Positions 1 to 9,281 are shown, counted from the stretch's first letter. The stretch is DNA of 64,000 nucleotides from an uncultured Acidobacteriota bacterium (GCA_963770895.1 CAVYRF010000002.1:1984001-2048000), one strand, 5' to 3'. Numbers and translations: made by a program. The notes: generated by a model not told the origin, from the letters alone.

Positions 1-63
1 AACGATCGCCACTTCGAGCAGGCCGGATTCACCAACCTTCTGCCAGGTCCAGGCGCCTCGTAG
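1..63 (+). CDS. 3' end of a probable PIN-domain (VapC-like) toxin, truncated by the window edge
   Basis: Frame 1 reads NDRHFEQAGFTNLLPGPGAS*, matching the typical PIN C-terminal (T)xDxHFxQAGF motif. Confidence 0.6.
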   Translation, partial: NDRHFEQAGFTNLLPGPGAS

Positions 64-94
64 AGGCGGTGCTTGCCGCCTGGGTAGGGCGCGG

Positions 95-186
95 GGACTT
101 TTTTGTTTCCAATTCGCGGCTGCACACGGCGCGCTGCGAGCCGGTCACCAGCACCCCACTGGTAGAGATTCGGCCCTCCCCTCCCC
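95..186 (-). repeat. Conserved non-coding motif, copy 1 (cos/packaging-site-like)
   Basis: Blocks GGACTTTTT, CCAATTCGCGG, CCGGTCAC and TAGAGATTC plus a C-tract recur with identical spacing at 9282-9377. It lies just downstream of the DUF2280 gene. Confidence 0.7.
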
Positions 187-230
187 CAGGGCTCCGCGCT
201 TACTGCGATTCGGGCATTGTCTTCCCCTTG

Positions 231-668
231 TCAGCGGCCATTTTCGGGAAGGTAGATGACAATGGATGGGGGCAGCGGTGCGCCTCCCTTCCCGGATAGT
301 TCGCGCCGATTGGTGAGCAGGCCGCCGACTTCCTCGGCGGCCTGGCGCAGGTGGCGAGCGGCCAGAGCGTCGTTGCCTCGGCTCTTGGCGCGACGGTATA
401 GGGCCTGAAGCTCAGCAAGGCGGAAGGCTTGATGCGCGATGCCTTGCTGGGCGGTCTCTTGGATGTATGCGTCCCTGGTTGCGTCGAAGAGGACGCGCCA
501 CTTCTCGGCCAGGTCGGGGGAGTGATCAGGGTGGTAGCGCCATGCTTGCCGGCGGTCGATGGTGAGATTGAAGCGTTCCGCGACGGCTTCCACAACTTCC
601 GATGGCTCGCGGAAGCAGGCAAGTTGCTGCACGATAAACAGTTGCACTTCTTGTCGTAGCTTGGCCAT
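231..668 (-). CDS. DUF2280-family phage protein (possible small terminase-like)
   Basis: MAKLRQEVQLFIVQQLACFREPSEVVEAV...LAEKWRVLFDATR...IAHQAFRL...AAEEVGG...TNRRELSGKGGAPL is the DUF2280 pattern. Confidence 0.8.
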   Translation of the reverse strand: MAKLRQEVQLFIVQQLACFREPSEVVEAVAERFNLTIDRRQAWRYHPDHSPDLAEKWRVLFDATRDAYIQETAQQGIAHQAFRLAELQALYRRAKSRGNDALAARHLRQAAEEVGGLLTNRRELSGKGGAPLPPSIVIYLPENGR

Positions 669-683
669 GGTCTGGTTTCCGTC

Positions 684-1187
684 TCAGCTGGGTCGCGGTA
701 AGGCGGGCGACCTTGGGTGAGTGCTATTGGGCGAGGAGTCGGTCATGGTGCCGCGGAAGGTCTTCTTGAAAGCGTGGACCTGGCGCAGGTCGTCGGGGTT
801 GGTGAGGCCGAGCAGTGCGCGCAGCTCGCTGGCGCGATAGACGGGGCGCAGCTCGCCGGGGTCCACGTGGGCGTTGTCGCTGGCGAAGATGACGACCTCG
901 CCAAGGACACTGCTTCGCATTTCGACGACCAGGGCGGCGGTGGCGAAAACGTCCAGGGTCATGGCGCAGACCTCGTTCACCCGGAGGGGTGGCGCTGCTT
1001 CCGTGACGCCGGCCAGGGCCAGGGTGGGAGGAGACAGGAGGCGGAGGAGATTGGGCTTGTGCTTGCGCAGCTCCTCCAGCAGGTCTGGTGGGACGGCTTC
1101 GATCGGTCGAAAGCGAAGGCGGTTGCCGGAGGCCGACAGCTCGATTCCCCGGCGATCCAGCTCGGCAAGGATGCTCTCGGGACTCAT
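684..1187 (-). CDS. Hypothetical mobile-element protein with a TubC-N-like N-terminal domain
   Basis: Starts MSPESILAELDRRGIELSASGNRLRFRP...LLEELRKHKPNLLRLL. The ATG at 1187 is preferred over the longer ORF. Confidence 0.6.
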   Translation of the reverse strand: MSPESILAELDRRGIELSASGNRLRFRPIEAVPPDLLEELRKHKPNLLRLLSPPTLALAGVTEAAPPLRVNEVCAMTLDVFATAALVVEMRSSVLGEVVIFASDNAHVDPGELRPVYRASELRALLGLTNPDDLRQVHAFKKTFRGTMTDSSPNSTHPRSPALPRPS

Positions 1188-1460
1188 GGGTGTCAGACCT
1201 CGCCCCAGGCTGCCCCGTCGGCAGCAGGAGCTACGGCGGCGGAAACGACTGCTCCGCTCAAAGCCTGATTTCCCAGGCTTTCGGCAGCATCCCATTTCTG
1301 CCGCGCCCATTCTGCTTGGGTGGCGGGAATCCGCTCTTCGCAGAATGCAGATCCAGCAGGCGTTTCATGGGTGTCGCCATTTCCGCCGCCGTCCGCCGGC
1401 GGCTGGTGGTTGGGGAGACGCATTGAGGGGCCTATGCGGTGCCAGGCCACCGGAAGCCAG

Positions 1461-1489
1461 TTGACATGCCCTGTCCCGATAGTCACAAT
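1461..1489 (+). promoter_or_regulatory. Sigma70-type promoter of the toxin-antitoxin operon
   Basis: TTGACA-17 bp-CACAAT ends 10 bp before the ATG at 1500, implying a near-leaderless transcript. Confidence 0.6.
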
Positions 1490-1499
1490 TCTGGTCATC

Positions 1500-1823
1500 A
1501 TGGTGAGGCGGCGGCCCTATGCCCTGGTCTACGCTCCCGTGGTCAAGTCGCACCTGCGGGTGATCGAGCGACACCATTACTCGTTGATTCGCGCGAGCAT
1601 CGAGGAGCAACTGCGGTTCGAGCCAGGCATCGAAACCACGAACCGCAAGCCGTTGCAGCAGCCTGCCCTCATCGCGGCGCAATGGGAGCTGCGCTTCGGC
1701 CCCGACAATCGGTTCCGTGCCTTCTACGAGATCGACCACGAGAGCCGGAAAGTCTACATCCTGGCGCTCGGTGTCAAGGAGCGGAATCGTTTGCTCATCG
1801 GAGGAGAGGAGGTAGATCTTTGA
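1500..1823 (+). CDS. RelE/ParE-family toxin
   Basis: YALVYAPVVKSHL...WELRFGPDNRFRAFYEID...VYILALGVKERN; 107 aa; overlaps the downstream antitoxin. Confidence 0.8.
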   Translation: MVRRRPYALVYAPVVKSHLRVIERHHYSLIRASIEEQLRFEPGIETTNRKPLQQPALIAAQWELRFGPDNRFRAFYEIDHESRKVYILALGVKERNRLLIGGEEVDL

Positions 1824-2143
1824 AGATTGCATCGGTTGCAGAGGTCAAGGCTCAGTTCAGCGCCTACCTGAAGCAGAGCGAGCAGGGAGCGGTGATCGTC
1901 ACCCGCAACGGCAGGCCGGTAGCTGCGTTGCTGGCCATCCGGGACGACGAGGAGCTCGAAAACCTGGTCCTGGCGCACTCGCCTCGCTTGCGGTCGATCC
2001 TGGGTGCGGCACGGCAGCAGATCCGCGCCGGCGAAGGAGTCGATCACGGAGATCTTTGGCGCGAGATGGAGGCGGCGCCGCCCAAGGCGCGCCGCAAGAG
2101 CAAAGCCAGAAGGGTGCCTTCCGGCAAGCAGGGTAGTGCGTAG
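1820..2143 (+). CDS. Phd/YefM-family antitoxin
   Basis: The TTG start overlaps the toxin stop (TTGA). KIASVAEVKAQFSAYL...VIVTRNGRPVAALL is the Phd signature. Confidence 0.85.
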   Translation: MKIASVAEVKAQFSAYLKQSEQGAVIVTRNGRPVAALLAIRDDEELENLVLAHSPRLRSILGAARQQIRAGEGVDHGDLWREMEAAPPKARRKSKARRVPSGKQGSA

Positions 2144-2185
2144 CAGGTCAGTGAAACCTGGACGCTCACTCATCTTCATTCCTCG

Positions 2186-2330
2186 ATGCGAGAGCGGGCT
2201 TGGCCATCTGCTAGCTGCTGCGGCCGCCCACACCCGCCCGCCCGGTATGCGCACCTGCCTGACGATCCCCGGCGAGCCGTTGCCGAGCAGATCGCCGGCC
2301 ACCTCGCTTCCCTGAGCGCCAAACCGAAAG
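2186..2330 (+). pseudogene. Remnant of a tyrosine-integrase C-terminus
   Basis: ARYAHLPDDPRRAVAEQIAGHLA resembles the catalytic-Tyr helix (TxRYAHL); the upstream box II is degenerate or frameshifted. Confidence 0.5.
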
Positions 2331-2415
2331 GGGGGCCAGCTGGCAAGCTCTGTGTGGCGAAGGGATGCTGGCAGGCGCCGACCTAAAACCGTGACAGGTG
2401 CCGGGAGGGTATCTT

Positions 2416-3162
2416 CTAGGCGAAGTCGTCGCTCTGCCGCCAGCGGGTGTCCTCGATCGTAGCGCCGTCATCGAGATCGCTGATGGCGAGGTAGCCGCCG
2501 CGGCCGTGAGGCTTCATGCAGGCACGGGCTGCCCTCAACCGATCGCGGATCTTCTTCTCGTCCCAGAGACCGGCGTCAGCCAGCACCTTGGGCGTGCCCC
2601 CCTTGGGGATCGCGTAGAGAAGGAAGAGGTACTGGCCCCAGAAGTCCCGCTGCTGTCGCGGTGTCCCGACCACCTTCTTGTTCCGCCGCAGCACCACGTC
2701 AATCTGATACCGCCGGAGCTTGGCGCGGGCGATGGTCCACTGTGCGCGGAGATCCTTGGTGACGTCGAAGCTCACCAGATAGGTGCTGTCGGTGACGTCC
2801 GGGGGGGCCGAGCCTTCCCGGATCTCGGCGGCGGTCGTAACGGTCCCGAAGGACCGTACGAAGCGCAGGTCGTCCGGCCACATCTCGTTCGGGTCGTGGT
2901 AGCCGGCCACCAGGCCCCAGCGCTCCAACGCTGTCGGATCGGGGATGGTCTCGGGCTTGGGGGGCGCCCGCAGGACGTTCGGGTCGGGCTCGGGCGGTGG
3001 CGGCCGGCGCTCCTGCCATTCGGCCCGATAGGCCGGATTCCTGCGGAGGAACTGCCAGGCCCAGGCTTGGAGGGTCAGCCAGGCGGGGATCTCCTCCGCC
3101 TTGAACCTCTCGAACTCGGCCACCCAATCGATGGCTGGAGGCGCTTCGCCGGTCGTCGCCAA
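2416..3162 (-). CDS. DUF6499-like (WAWxFLRRN) transcriptional-regulator-domain protein
   Basis: AWAWQFLRRNPAYRAEW...ERWGL motif, typical of regulators of integrative elements. Confidence 0.65.
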   Translation of the reverse strand: MATTGEAPPAIDWVAEFERFKAEEIPAWLTLQAWAWQFLRRNPAYRAEWQERRPPPPEPDPNVLRAPPKPETIPDPTALERWGLVAGYHDPNEMWPDDLRFVRSFGTVTTAAEIREGSAPPDVTDSTYLVSFDVTKDLRAQWTIARAKLRRYQIDVVLRRNKKVVGTPRQQRDFWGQYLFLLYAIPKGGTPKVLADAGLWDEKKIRDRLRAARACMKPHGRGGYLAISDLDDGATIEDTRWRQSDDFA

Positions 3163-3213
3163 CTGATGACTGCCTGATGCCTGTGGTTTTCCGGGGACGG
3201 AGTCGATTTGCTC

Positions 3214-3226
3214 TAAGTTGTTGATT
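3214..3226 (-). promoter_or_regulatory. IHF-consensus site next to att
   Basis: The reverse complement AATCAACAACTTA matches WATCAANNNNTTR, 4 bp from the att copy. Confidence 0.5.
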
Positions 3227-3230
3227 TGAT

Positions 3231-3279
3231 TGGTGCACCCAGGAGGATTTGAACCACCAACCTACAGATCCGTAGTCTG
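3231..3279 (-). repeat. att site: duplicated 3' part of tRNA-Arg
   Basis: 49-bp direct repeat of 12975-13023 with one mismatch. Confidence 0.95.
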
Positions 3280-3396
3280 CCACGAACTGCATTAGCGGCG
3301 CTACGCTCTGTTTTCACTTCAGTGGTAAGTGATTCACTTGGCACGCTTTAGTGGTACCATGAGGATGCATGGCGAGTCAAGGTACGGCCTGCTCTA

Positions 3397-3415
3397 TTCG
3401 CCCCGGATTCGCCCC
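3397..3415 (+). repeat. Putative integrase arm-type sites (left)
   Basis: TTCGCCCC twice at an 11-bp period, followed by GGCAGA; the same arrangement occurs at 12888-12906. Confidence 0.7.
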
Positions 3416-3435
3416 AGGGCAGAGGGAGATGCGAA

Positions 3436-4707
3436 ATGCCACGACGGGCGGCTGCGATCCTTACGGACATCGCCATTCGTAGGCTGCGGCCGACGGCGCA
3501 GCGCTATGAGATCCGGGACGCCTCCAGGCCGGGCTTCGGGGTCCGGGTGGAGGCGGACGGTCGCAAGGTGTTCTTCCAGCGTTATGGAACGCGCGGCGAA
3601 AGGCGCCTCACGCTGGGCGCCTACTCCGGGGCATTCGGACTGGCACAGGCGAGAGCCGCCGCGGACAAGGCGCGCGCCGATCTCGCGGCCGGCCTCGATC
3701 CCATCGAAATCAAGCGGCAGCGTCGCCAACTGGAGCACGATGAAAGGCAGGCGCAGAAGGCGGCGCGTGATGGCCGGCCGGCTCCGGGTACGTTTGCTGA
3801 GCTAGCGGAACGCTACCTGCGAGACGCAAAGCGCCGCCGCCGGGAGCGCAGCGTGCAGGAGGACGAACGCAAGCTGCGGGTGGAGGTGCTTCCAGGATGG
3901 GGCGCGAGGCGCGTCCGGGAGCTTCGGCGTGCCGATGTTCTGCGCCTGGTCGAGGACTCGCGAGAGCGCGGGGGCGTGTGCTCCAATCGGACCCTGGCGC
4001 TGGTCCGCGCGGTCTTTCAGTACGCGGTGGACCGCGAGGAACTGGATGCCAACCCCGCACTGCGCATCCCGCGGCGCTATCTTTTTGTAGAGAAACCCCG
4101 CGAGCGCGTCCTGAGCCGCGCCGAGCTGCGCTCTCTGCTTGCCGTTGTAGACGACCTTGGCCCCATCGTCGGCGGGGCCTTCCGCATGATTCTTGTGACC
4201 GCCCAACGTCCCGGCGAAGTACTCCGCATGCGATGGGAGGAGATAGGCCGAGACGAAGGCGGTCCCTTCTGGGAGCTTTCAGATGAAGTTGCAAAGGCGG
4301 GCCGCGGTCATCGCGTCCCGCTCTCTCGCCAGGCAATCGCCGTGCTCGAACCGCTCCGGCGAATCACAGACTCGACCCCATGGGTTTTCGCGTCACCCTC
4401 GCCGCGGACGGAAGGGCCGGTGCGCTGGCTTTCCCATGCGGCGAACCGGCTGAGGCAGAAATCCGGCGTCGATCACTTCACCCCTCACGATCTCCGGCGC
4501 ACGGCGGCCACCTGCATGGGCGAGCGAGGGGTGCGGCCTGACGTGATTGAGCGCGTCCTGAACCACGTGCAAGCCAAGATCGCGCGCACCTACAACCGAG
4601 CCACCTACGATGCAGAGAAGCGCCAAGCTCTTGCCATTCTCGGCGACCTCATCGATTCGCTTGCGTCGGGCGAAGAAACGCCGTCGAACGTGGTCTGGCT
4701 TGCATGA
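3436..4707 (+). CDS. Tyrosine recombinase/integrase with an N-terminal arm-binding domain (P4-like/DUF4102 type)
   Basis: N-terminal LTDIAIRRL...GFGVRV...RRLTLGAY; catalytic TAQRPGEV, HDLRRT and LNH...YN motifs. Confidence 0.95.
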   Translation: MPRRAAAILTDIAIRRLRPTAQRYEIRDASRPGFGVRVEADGRKVFFQRYGTRGERRLTLGAYSGAFGLAQARAAADKARADLAAGLDPIEIKRQRRQLEHDERQAQKAARDGRPAPGTFAELAERYLRDAKRRRRERSVQEDERKLRVEVLPGWGARRVRELRRADVLRLVEDSRERGGVCSNRTLALVRAVFQYAVDREELDANPALRIPRRYLFVEKPRERVLSRAELRSLLAVVDDLGPIVGGAFRMILVTAQRPGEVLRMRWEEIGRDEGGPFWELSDEVAKAGRGHRVPLSRQAIAVLEPLRRITDSTPWVFASPSPRTEGPVRWLSHAANRLRQKSGVDHFTPHDLRRTAATCMGERGVRPDVIERVLNHVQAKIARTYNRATYDAEKRQALAILGDLIDSLASGEETPSNVVWLA

Positions 4708-4763
4708 GCCATGCGCCAGGACCAGTTTCGGGGAGCTAATTCTGCTGGCGCCGGAGGGATAAA

Positions 4764-5441
4764 ATGGGCATCAACGAGATCAGGGCTAGCACAGAGAGAT
4801 CCTTCGACCGCTGGCTAGCGGCAATAAGCAAGTTCGACTACTTCTATATGACCGTTGCGGCCGGCCTCTTGGCGTTCATCGCCAAGGACTACCATCCCCG
4901 TAGACTTGACTCTTGGCTGGACTTCTTCGATCCGGTCTCGATGCTACTTCTCATCGCCGCTTTTACGGTAGGCGCGCTCCGCGTGCAATTGGCCACGCAC
5001 CTGCTGTACCTCGAAGTGGAACAAGGGAAATGTCTATTCAGGATTGAGAAGTACCGGCCGGGCCTCACTAGCCCGGTTCCTGGGGAGGACAATGCCACCG
5101 GCCAAGCAATTGGGAAGGTCGAAGCACAAGAGACAGTGGATGCGGAAAGGGCAAGGCTCAGGGCCATCACGGAGGCGACGGCGAAGGTGACTATGCGCGC
5201 CGCAAAATTTTACCAAGCCCGAGTCTGGCTGCTCGCGGCTGGAATAGGCTTGCTCTTGGTTGGCCGAATACTGACTCCCTACTTCCCTGCATTCGCGGGT
5301 ACCGTTTCCATTCAACAATCCCCAGCGGCGACGACTGGCCCTGCAGGCTCGGCCGTCGGCAGGTCCTCGCCTCAGCTCTTGCTGGAGCAGAAGCTGCCTG
5401 CGCCTGCGGCTGAACCTACACAGGTCCGCCACCCCAGGTGA
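4764..5441 (+). CDS. Hypothetical membrane protein (about 3 TM helices)
   Basis: 225-aa ORF with RBS GGAGGG and hydrophobic segments after KFDYF, at MLLLIAAFTVGAL and at VWLLAAGIGLLLVG. Confidence 0.65.
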   Translation: MGINEIRASTERSFDRWLAAISKFDYFYMTVAAGLLAFIAKDYHPRRLDSWLDFFDPVSMLLLIAAFTVGALRVQLATHLLYLEVEQGKCLFRIEKYRPGLTSPVPGEDNATGQAIGKVEAQETVDAERARLRAITEATAKVTMRAAKFYQARVWLLAAGIGLLLVGRILTPYFPAFAGTVSIQQSPAATTGPAGSAVGRSSPQLLLEQKLPAPAAEPTQVRHPR

Positions 5442-5626
5442 CAGAATTGATTCCCGCCGCCCGCCCCGACGGCTTGGTGGCGGGCAGTGCCGCGCTCTTC
5501 GCCAGCCGGCTGGGCGGCTCCCCGGCCGCTGGACGGCGATCGCGGCACCTGAAGCCGCCGCTCCTGAGCCAGCCGCGCTGCCACGGCTGGCTGCGGCACC
5601 CGGTCATTCGCGGTAGACTCCGCGAT

Positions 5627-6685
5627 ATGGAGCGGAGCATGACGGCGATCGATCTCTTCGCCGGCGCCGGGGGGGGCACGGAGGGTCTGAAGGCGGCCGG
5701 CTTTCGGGTAGTCGCTGCCGTCGAAAACGACCGGACTGCGTGCAGGACTTACCGGCTCAACCATCCTGGCGTCGTCCTGATTGAACGCGACGTTCGGCGA
5801 GTCACCGGATCGGATCTTCTGCGCGCGGCTGGGTTGCGGAAGGGTGAGACGTGCCTGCTCCAGGCCTGCCCGCCGTGTCAGACGTGGTCGTCGCTTGGCT
5901 CTGCATCCGCTGAGGACCCGCGGAACCAGCTCGTGTCCGTCGTGTCCGAGCTAGTTCGGAAGATCCGCCCCCGTGCCTTCGTGATCGAGAACGTTCCCGG
6001 TCTGCGATTCGATGCGCGGCTCGCTGCTCTCGTTGCGGAGGCTGGACGCCAGCGGTTCCGAGTGCGGGCCTATGTCGTCGACGCGCAGGACGTTGGGGTG
6101 CCGCAACGCCGGCGCCGCCTGATTGTCATCGGCATCCGCAGTCGGCGGCAGGTGGAACTGCCCGAGTCGCTTTTGGACCTGCTGCCAGCCGAATTCGACT
6201 GCACCGCTCGGACAGTCCGCGATGCCATCGGCCACCTGCCAACGCCTGGCGTTGGCGACGATCAACTGCACCGCGGCAGAACCTTGACCGACCTCGTTAC
6301 GCAGCGCGTGGCCGCTCTTCCGCTGGCCGGGCGAAGGACCGACCTTCCAGAGCACCTTCAGCTTGCTTGCCACCAGAAGCTTAAGGGCCGGGTCGCAACC
6401 GCGGCGTATGGACGTATGGCGGCAACCGAAGTTGCTCCCACCCTGACGACTAGGTGCACCACTCCGGCGTGCGGCTCGTACGTGCACCCCTCCGAGAACC
6501 GGGGCATCACCCTGCGCGAGGCCGCGTTGCTCCAGACTTTTCCCGCGAGTTACCTTTTCAGCGGTGGCTACGGTGCGATCGAGCGGCAGATTGGCAACGC
6601 CATTCCCGTCCGCCTCGCCGAGGCTGCGGCCATGGCTGTGCGGACGCTTCTCGCGCCAGCGGGCGAAAGGCGACTCGGGACGTGA
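5627..6685 (+). CDS. dcm: DNA (cytosine-5)-methyltransferase
   Basis: Motifs DLFAGAGG (I), CPPCQ (IV), ENVPG (VI), PQRRRR (VIII), RGITLREAALLQTFP (IX) and QIGNAIP (X). Confidence 0.95.
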   Translation: MERSMTAIDLFAGAGGGTEGLKAAGFRVVAAVENDRTACRTYRLNHPGVVLIERDVRRVTGSDLLRAAGLRKGETCLLQACPPCQTWSSLGSASAEDPRNQLVSVVSELVRKIRPRAFVIENVPGLRFDARLAALVAEAGRQRFRVRAYVVDAQDVGVPQRRRRLIVIGIRSRRQVELPESLLDLLPAEFDCTARTVRDAIGHLPTPGVGDDQLHRGRTLTDLVTQRVAALPLAGRRTDLPEHLQLACHQKLKGRVATAAYGRMAATEVAPTLTTRCTTPACGSYVHPSENRGITLREAALLQTFPASYLFSGGYGAIERQIGNAIPVRLAEAAAMAVRTLLAPAGERRLGT

Positions 6686-8724
6686 CGCCTAACTCTACGA
6701 ACGGGCCGTCCGCCACCACGACGGTGCCCGAGGCGCCGCTCGTCCTCAAATTCGGCGGCTCCCTAGTCGAGCAGCTCGGGGCGCAGCTATACCCCAGCGT
6801 GACCGCCACAGTGGCAGAGCTCCTATCCAATGCCTGGGACGCGGAGGCCAAGAACGTCTGGATCACAATGCCGTTTGGCGTGTGGCATGCCGACGACCGC
6901 ATCGTGGTGACGGACGACGGACATGGCATGACGCGATACGAGGCGCAGCACTCGTACCTCGTCGTGGGCCACAAGCGGCGCGGGGAAGGCCGAGGCGCGC
7001 TGTCTGCGAGTGGTCTGCGCCGCGTTCACGGACGCAAGGGCATCGGCAAGCTGGCGGCATTCGGCACGGCTGGCATCCTCGAATGCTCGACGCTAAAGAA
7101 CGGCCAGCACGTCGCCTTCAGGTTGAACTACGACGAAATCCGCAAGCTCGATCCATCGGCAGACTACACGGTAGAAGACGCGGTGGATCTTTCGGCACCG
7201 ACGAATCCAGAGAGCGGTTGCCCGCTCGAGCACGGCACCCGCATCAGCCTCTCGCGGCTGCTGCAGAAGAGGGCGCTCGGCGAGGGCCAGTTTTTCCGGT
7301 CCATGGCTCGGCGGTTCGCGATCTCGGCCGACGAGATGGCCGTGCGCATCAACGGTACGCCGCTTCAGCGGTTCGACATGAGCGTCCAATTCAGGTTCCC
7401 GCCGGACAGCATCCCCGAAGGCGTGGCGATCGCCAACGGCTGGGCGGTCGAGTCTATCGCGCCCGGCCACGAGGTGCGCTGGTGGATCGGTTTCACCGAG
7501 AAGCCCTTGGAAGACGAGACGCTTCAGGGCATCTCCGTCCTCGCCAATCAGAAGATGGCCCAGCGGCCGTTTCTATTCGACCGCTCGCGCGGCACTGAGG
7601 GACAGCTCGGACAGGAGTACCTCGTCGGCGAGGTGCAGGCCGATTGGATCGACGCCGGCACTGACGTCGAGGACGACCTCATCCAATCCAACCGAGACCA
7701 GCTCCAGATCGAAGACGACCGCCTCACGGTTTTCGTCGAGTGGGGACGCAGGCGCTTGGCGTGGGCACTGAAGGAGCGCAACCGGTTGCGGCAGGACGCC
7801 GCCGTGCGGGGCTTCGAGGCAAGCCAAGAGCTGCTCCAGCTGTTCGACCCCTACACGAGAACAGAGCGGGCACAACTTCTGCGGCTCGCGGTCAACGCCT
7901 CAAAGCTGCCGGAGATGACCGGCGACTCCCTCCTAGAGCTCATGCAGTCGGTCGTAGACGCGAGATCGGACGCCGCTGTGCGCCAACTGATCGAAGAGAT
8001 CGAAGCATCCGACGAAGCGGTGCAGCCCCGCATGTGGGGACTGGTCCGCCAGTTCGGCCTGATCGATGCCCGGCGTACCTTCAGCATCATCCAGGCTCGG
8101 CTGAAGACGATCAGCAAGCTGAAGGAAGCCCTTGCCGCTGGCGCCAAGGAGGTGCCCGACCTACATGACATCGTCAAGAAGGATCCTTGGCTCCTCGACC
8201 CTCGCTGGCACCTCCTCGACGACGAGGTCGACCTGACGAAGTTGGGCATCGACTTCCAGCCGGCGACCGACGAGACCGGCCACCGGCTCGACTTCATGTT
8301 CGCGCTCATGCCCAAATCGCCCGCCCCACTCGACGAGATCATCGTTGTGGAGATCAAGCGCGGATCCGATCTGCAGGGGAAAAAGCGCGTCGCAACCGAG
8401 GAGGAGGTCAACAAGTTCCACTCGTACGTCCTTGCGGCCAGGGAGCACGAGCAACGCAACGGCTCGCAAGCAAAGGTGCGGGGCCTCATGATCACCCAGG
8501 GCTACACGGCAAACGGCAACCGCGTCAAGCAGAGCCTGGAGGAGAACCCGACGATTGAGCTTCGCTTCAGGACGTGGGACCGCGTCATCGCCGAAACCGA
8601 GCGCATGCACCTCGGATGGCTGGAGGTTTCCCGGGCAAGGAGCCGAGCCGAGGAGCCGGAGCCTGAGTTGGTCGACGAGGATGCCGTGGTGGAAGCACCG
8701 TCTCCTGACCATCCTCAGAGGTGA
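6682..8724 (+). CDS. GHKL (HSP90/MORC-like) ATPase fused to a C-terminal PD-(D/E)xK-like nuclease
   Basis: ELLSNAWDA, DDGHGM, GRKGIGKLA and HGTRI motifs; C-terminal RLDF...VVEIKRG; the GTG start overlaps the dcm stop (GTGA). Confidence 0.85.
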   Translation: MTPNSTNGPSATTTVPEAPLVLKFGGSLVEQLGAQLYPSVTATVAELLSNAWDAEAKNVWITMPFGVWHADDRIVVTDDGHGMTRYEAQHSYLVVGHKRRGEGRGALSASGLRRVHGRKGIGKLAAFGTAGILECSTLKNGQHVAFRLNYDEIRKLDPSADYTVEDAVDLSAPTNPESGCPLEHGTRISLSRLLQKRALGEGQFFRSMARRFAISADEMAVRINGTPLQRFDMSVQFRFPPDSIPEGVAIANGWAVESIAPGHEVRWWIGFTEKPLEDETLQGISVLANQKMAQRPFLFDRSRGTEGQLGQEYLVGEVQADWIDAGTDVEDDLIQSNRDQLQIEDDRLTVFVEWGRRRLAWALKERNRLRQDAAVRGFEASQELLQLFDPYTRTERAQLLRLAVNASKLPEMTGDSLLELMQSVVDARSDAAVRQLIEEIEASDEAVQPRMWGLVRQFGLIDARRTFSIIQARLKTISKLKEALAAGAKEVPDLHDIVKKDPWLLDPRWHLLDDEVDLTKLGIDFQPATDETGHRLDFMFALMPKSPAPLDEIIVVEIKRGSDLQGKKRVATEEEVNKFHSYVLAAREHEQRNGSQAKVRGLMITQGYTANGNRVKQSLEENPTIELRFRTWDRVIAETERMHLGWLEVSRARSRAEEPEPELVDEDAVVEAPSPDHPQR

Positions 8725-9233
8725 CGATGCAAGAGCCGTGCGGCACACTCGCCCCAGATCCCGAGCTGTCCCACAAGACGCGGAAGGTGCGTCCCCCATC
8801 AGCCCGCGACCGAGCGCGGCTGGTTGCTCAGCGGCGGCACGAGACGGCGCCCGAGATGGCCGTTCGTCGTGAGATGCACCGGCTCGGGCTTCGCTATCGC
8901 ACGCACGTTGCCGTTCTCGATGGGACGCGCAGGACCGTCGATATCGCGTTTACCAGGGTGCGCGTGGCCGTGGACGTTCGCGGCTGCTGGTGGCACGGCT
9001 GCCCCGTCCACGGATCGTTGCCGCGAGCGAACACCGAGTGGTGGGCGGCTAAGTTCGCTGCCGTACGGAGGCGCGACGAGGACACCGAGGTACGGCTGAG
9101 GCAAGCCGGATGGCATCTCGTCGTCGTCTGGGAACACGAGGACCCCGCCATCGCCGCACTGCGCATCGACGCCGCCGTCCGGGGCGGGGGCCTCGCGCGC
9201 CTCCTCCCTACATCCAGTCTCGACCTAGTTTAG
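8721..9233 (+). CDS. vsr: Very-short-patch repair endonuclease
   Basis: ETAPEMAVRREMHRLGLRYR...DIAF...VDVRGCWWHGCP...GWHLVVVWEHE; overlaps the upstream stop. Confidence 0.92.
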   Translation: MTMQEPCGTLAPDPELSHKTRKVRPPSARDRARLVAQRRHETAPEMAVRREMHRLGLRYRTHVAVLDGTRRTVDIAFTRVRVAVDVRGCWWHGCPVHGSLPRANTEWWAAKFAAVRRRDEDTEVRLRQAGWHLVVVWEHEDPAIAALRIDAAVRGGGLARLLPTSSLDLV

Positions 9234-9281
9234 CCGTAGTGCGAGGATCTCCTGCGCGGAACCCCCGTGTGCAGCTCCCGA

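Larger units (their letters stand above)
1..3230. mobile_element. Partial, decayed integrative element (satellite-like) lying in tandem beyond the att copy
   Basis: Contains a DUF2280 gene, TA genes, an integrase C-terminal remnant, a DUF6499-like gene and a cos-like motif. It abuts the tRNA fragment at 3231; the left boundary is outside the window. Confidence 0.65.

Noticed and set aside
1193-1501. 102-aa minus-strand ORF
   Set aside because: Its 5' part overlaps the TA promoter and it has no recognisable family; a shorter version may be real but I cannot support it.
3231-3279. Possible second tRNA gene
   Set aside because: Only the 3' 49 nt are present, with no D-arm or 5' acceptor strand; it is an att copy.
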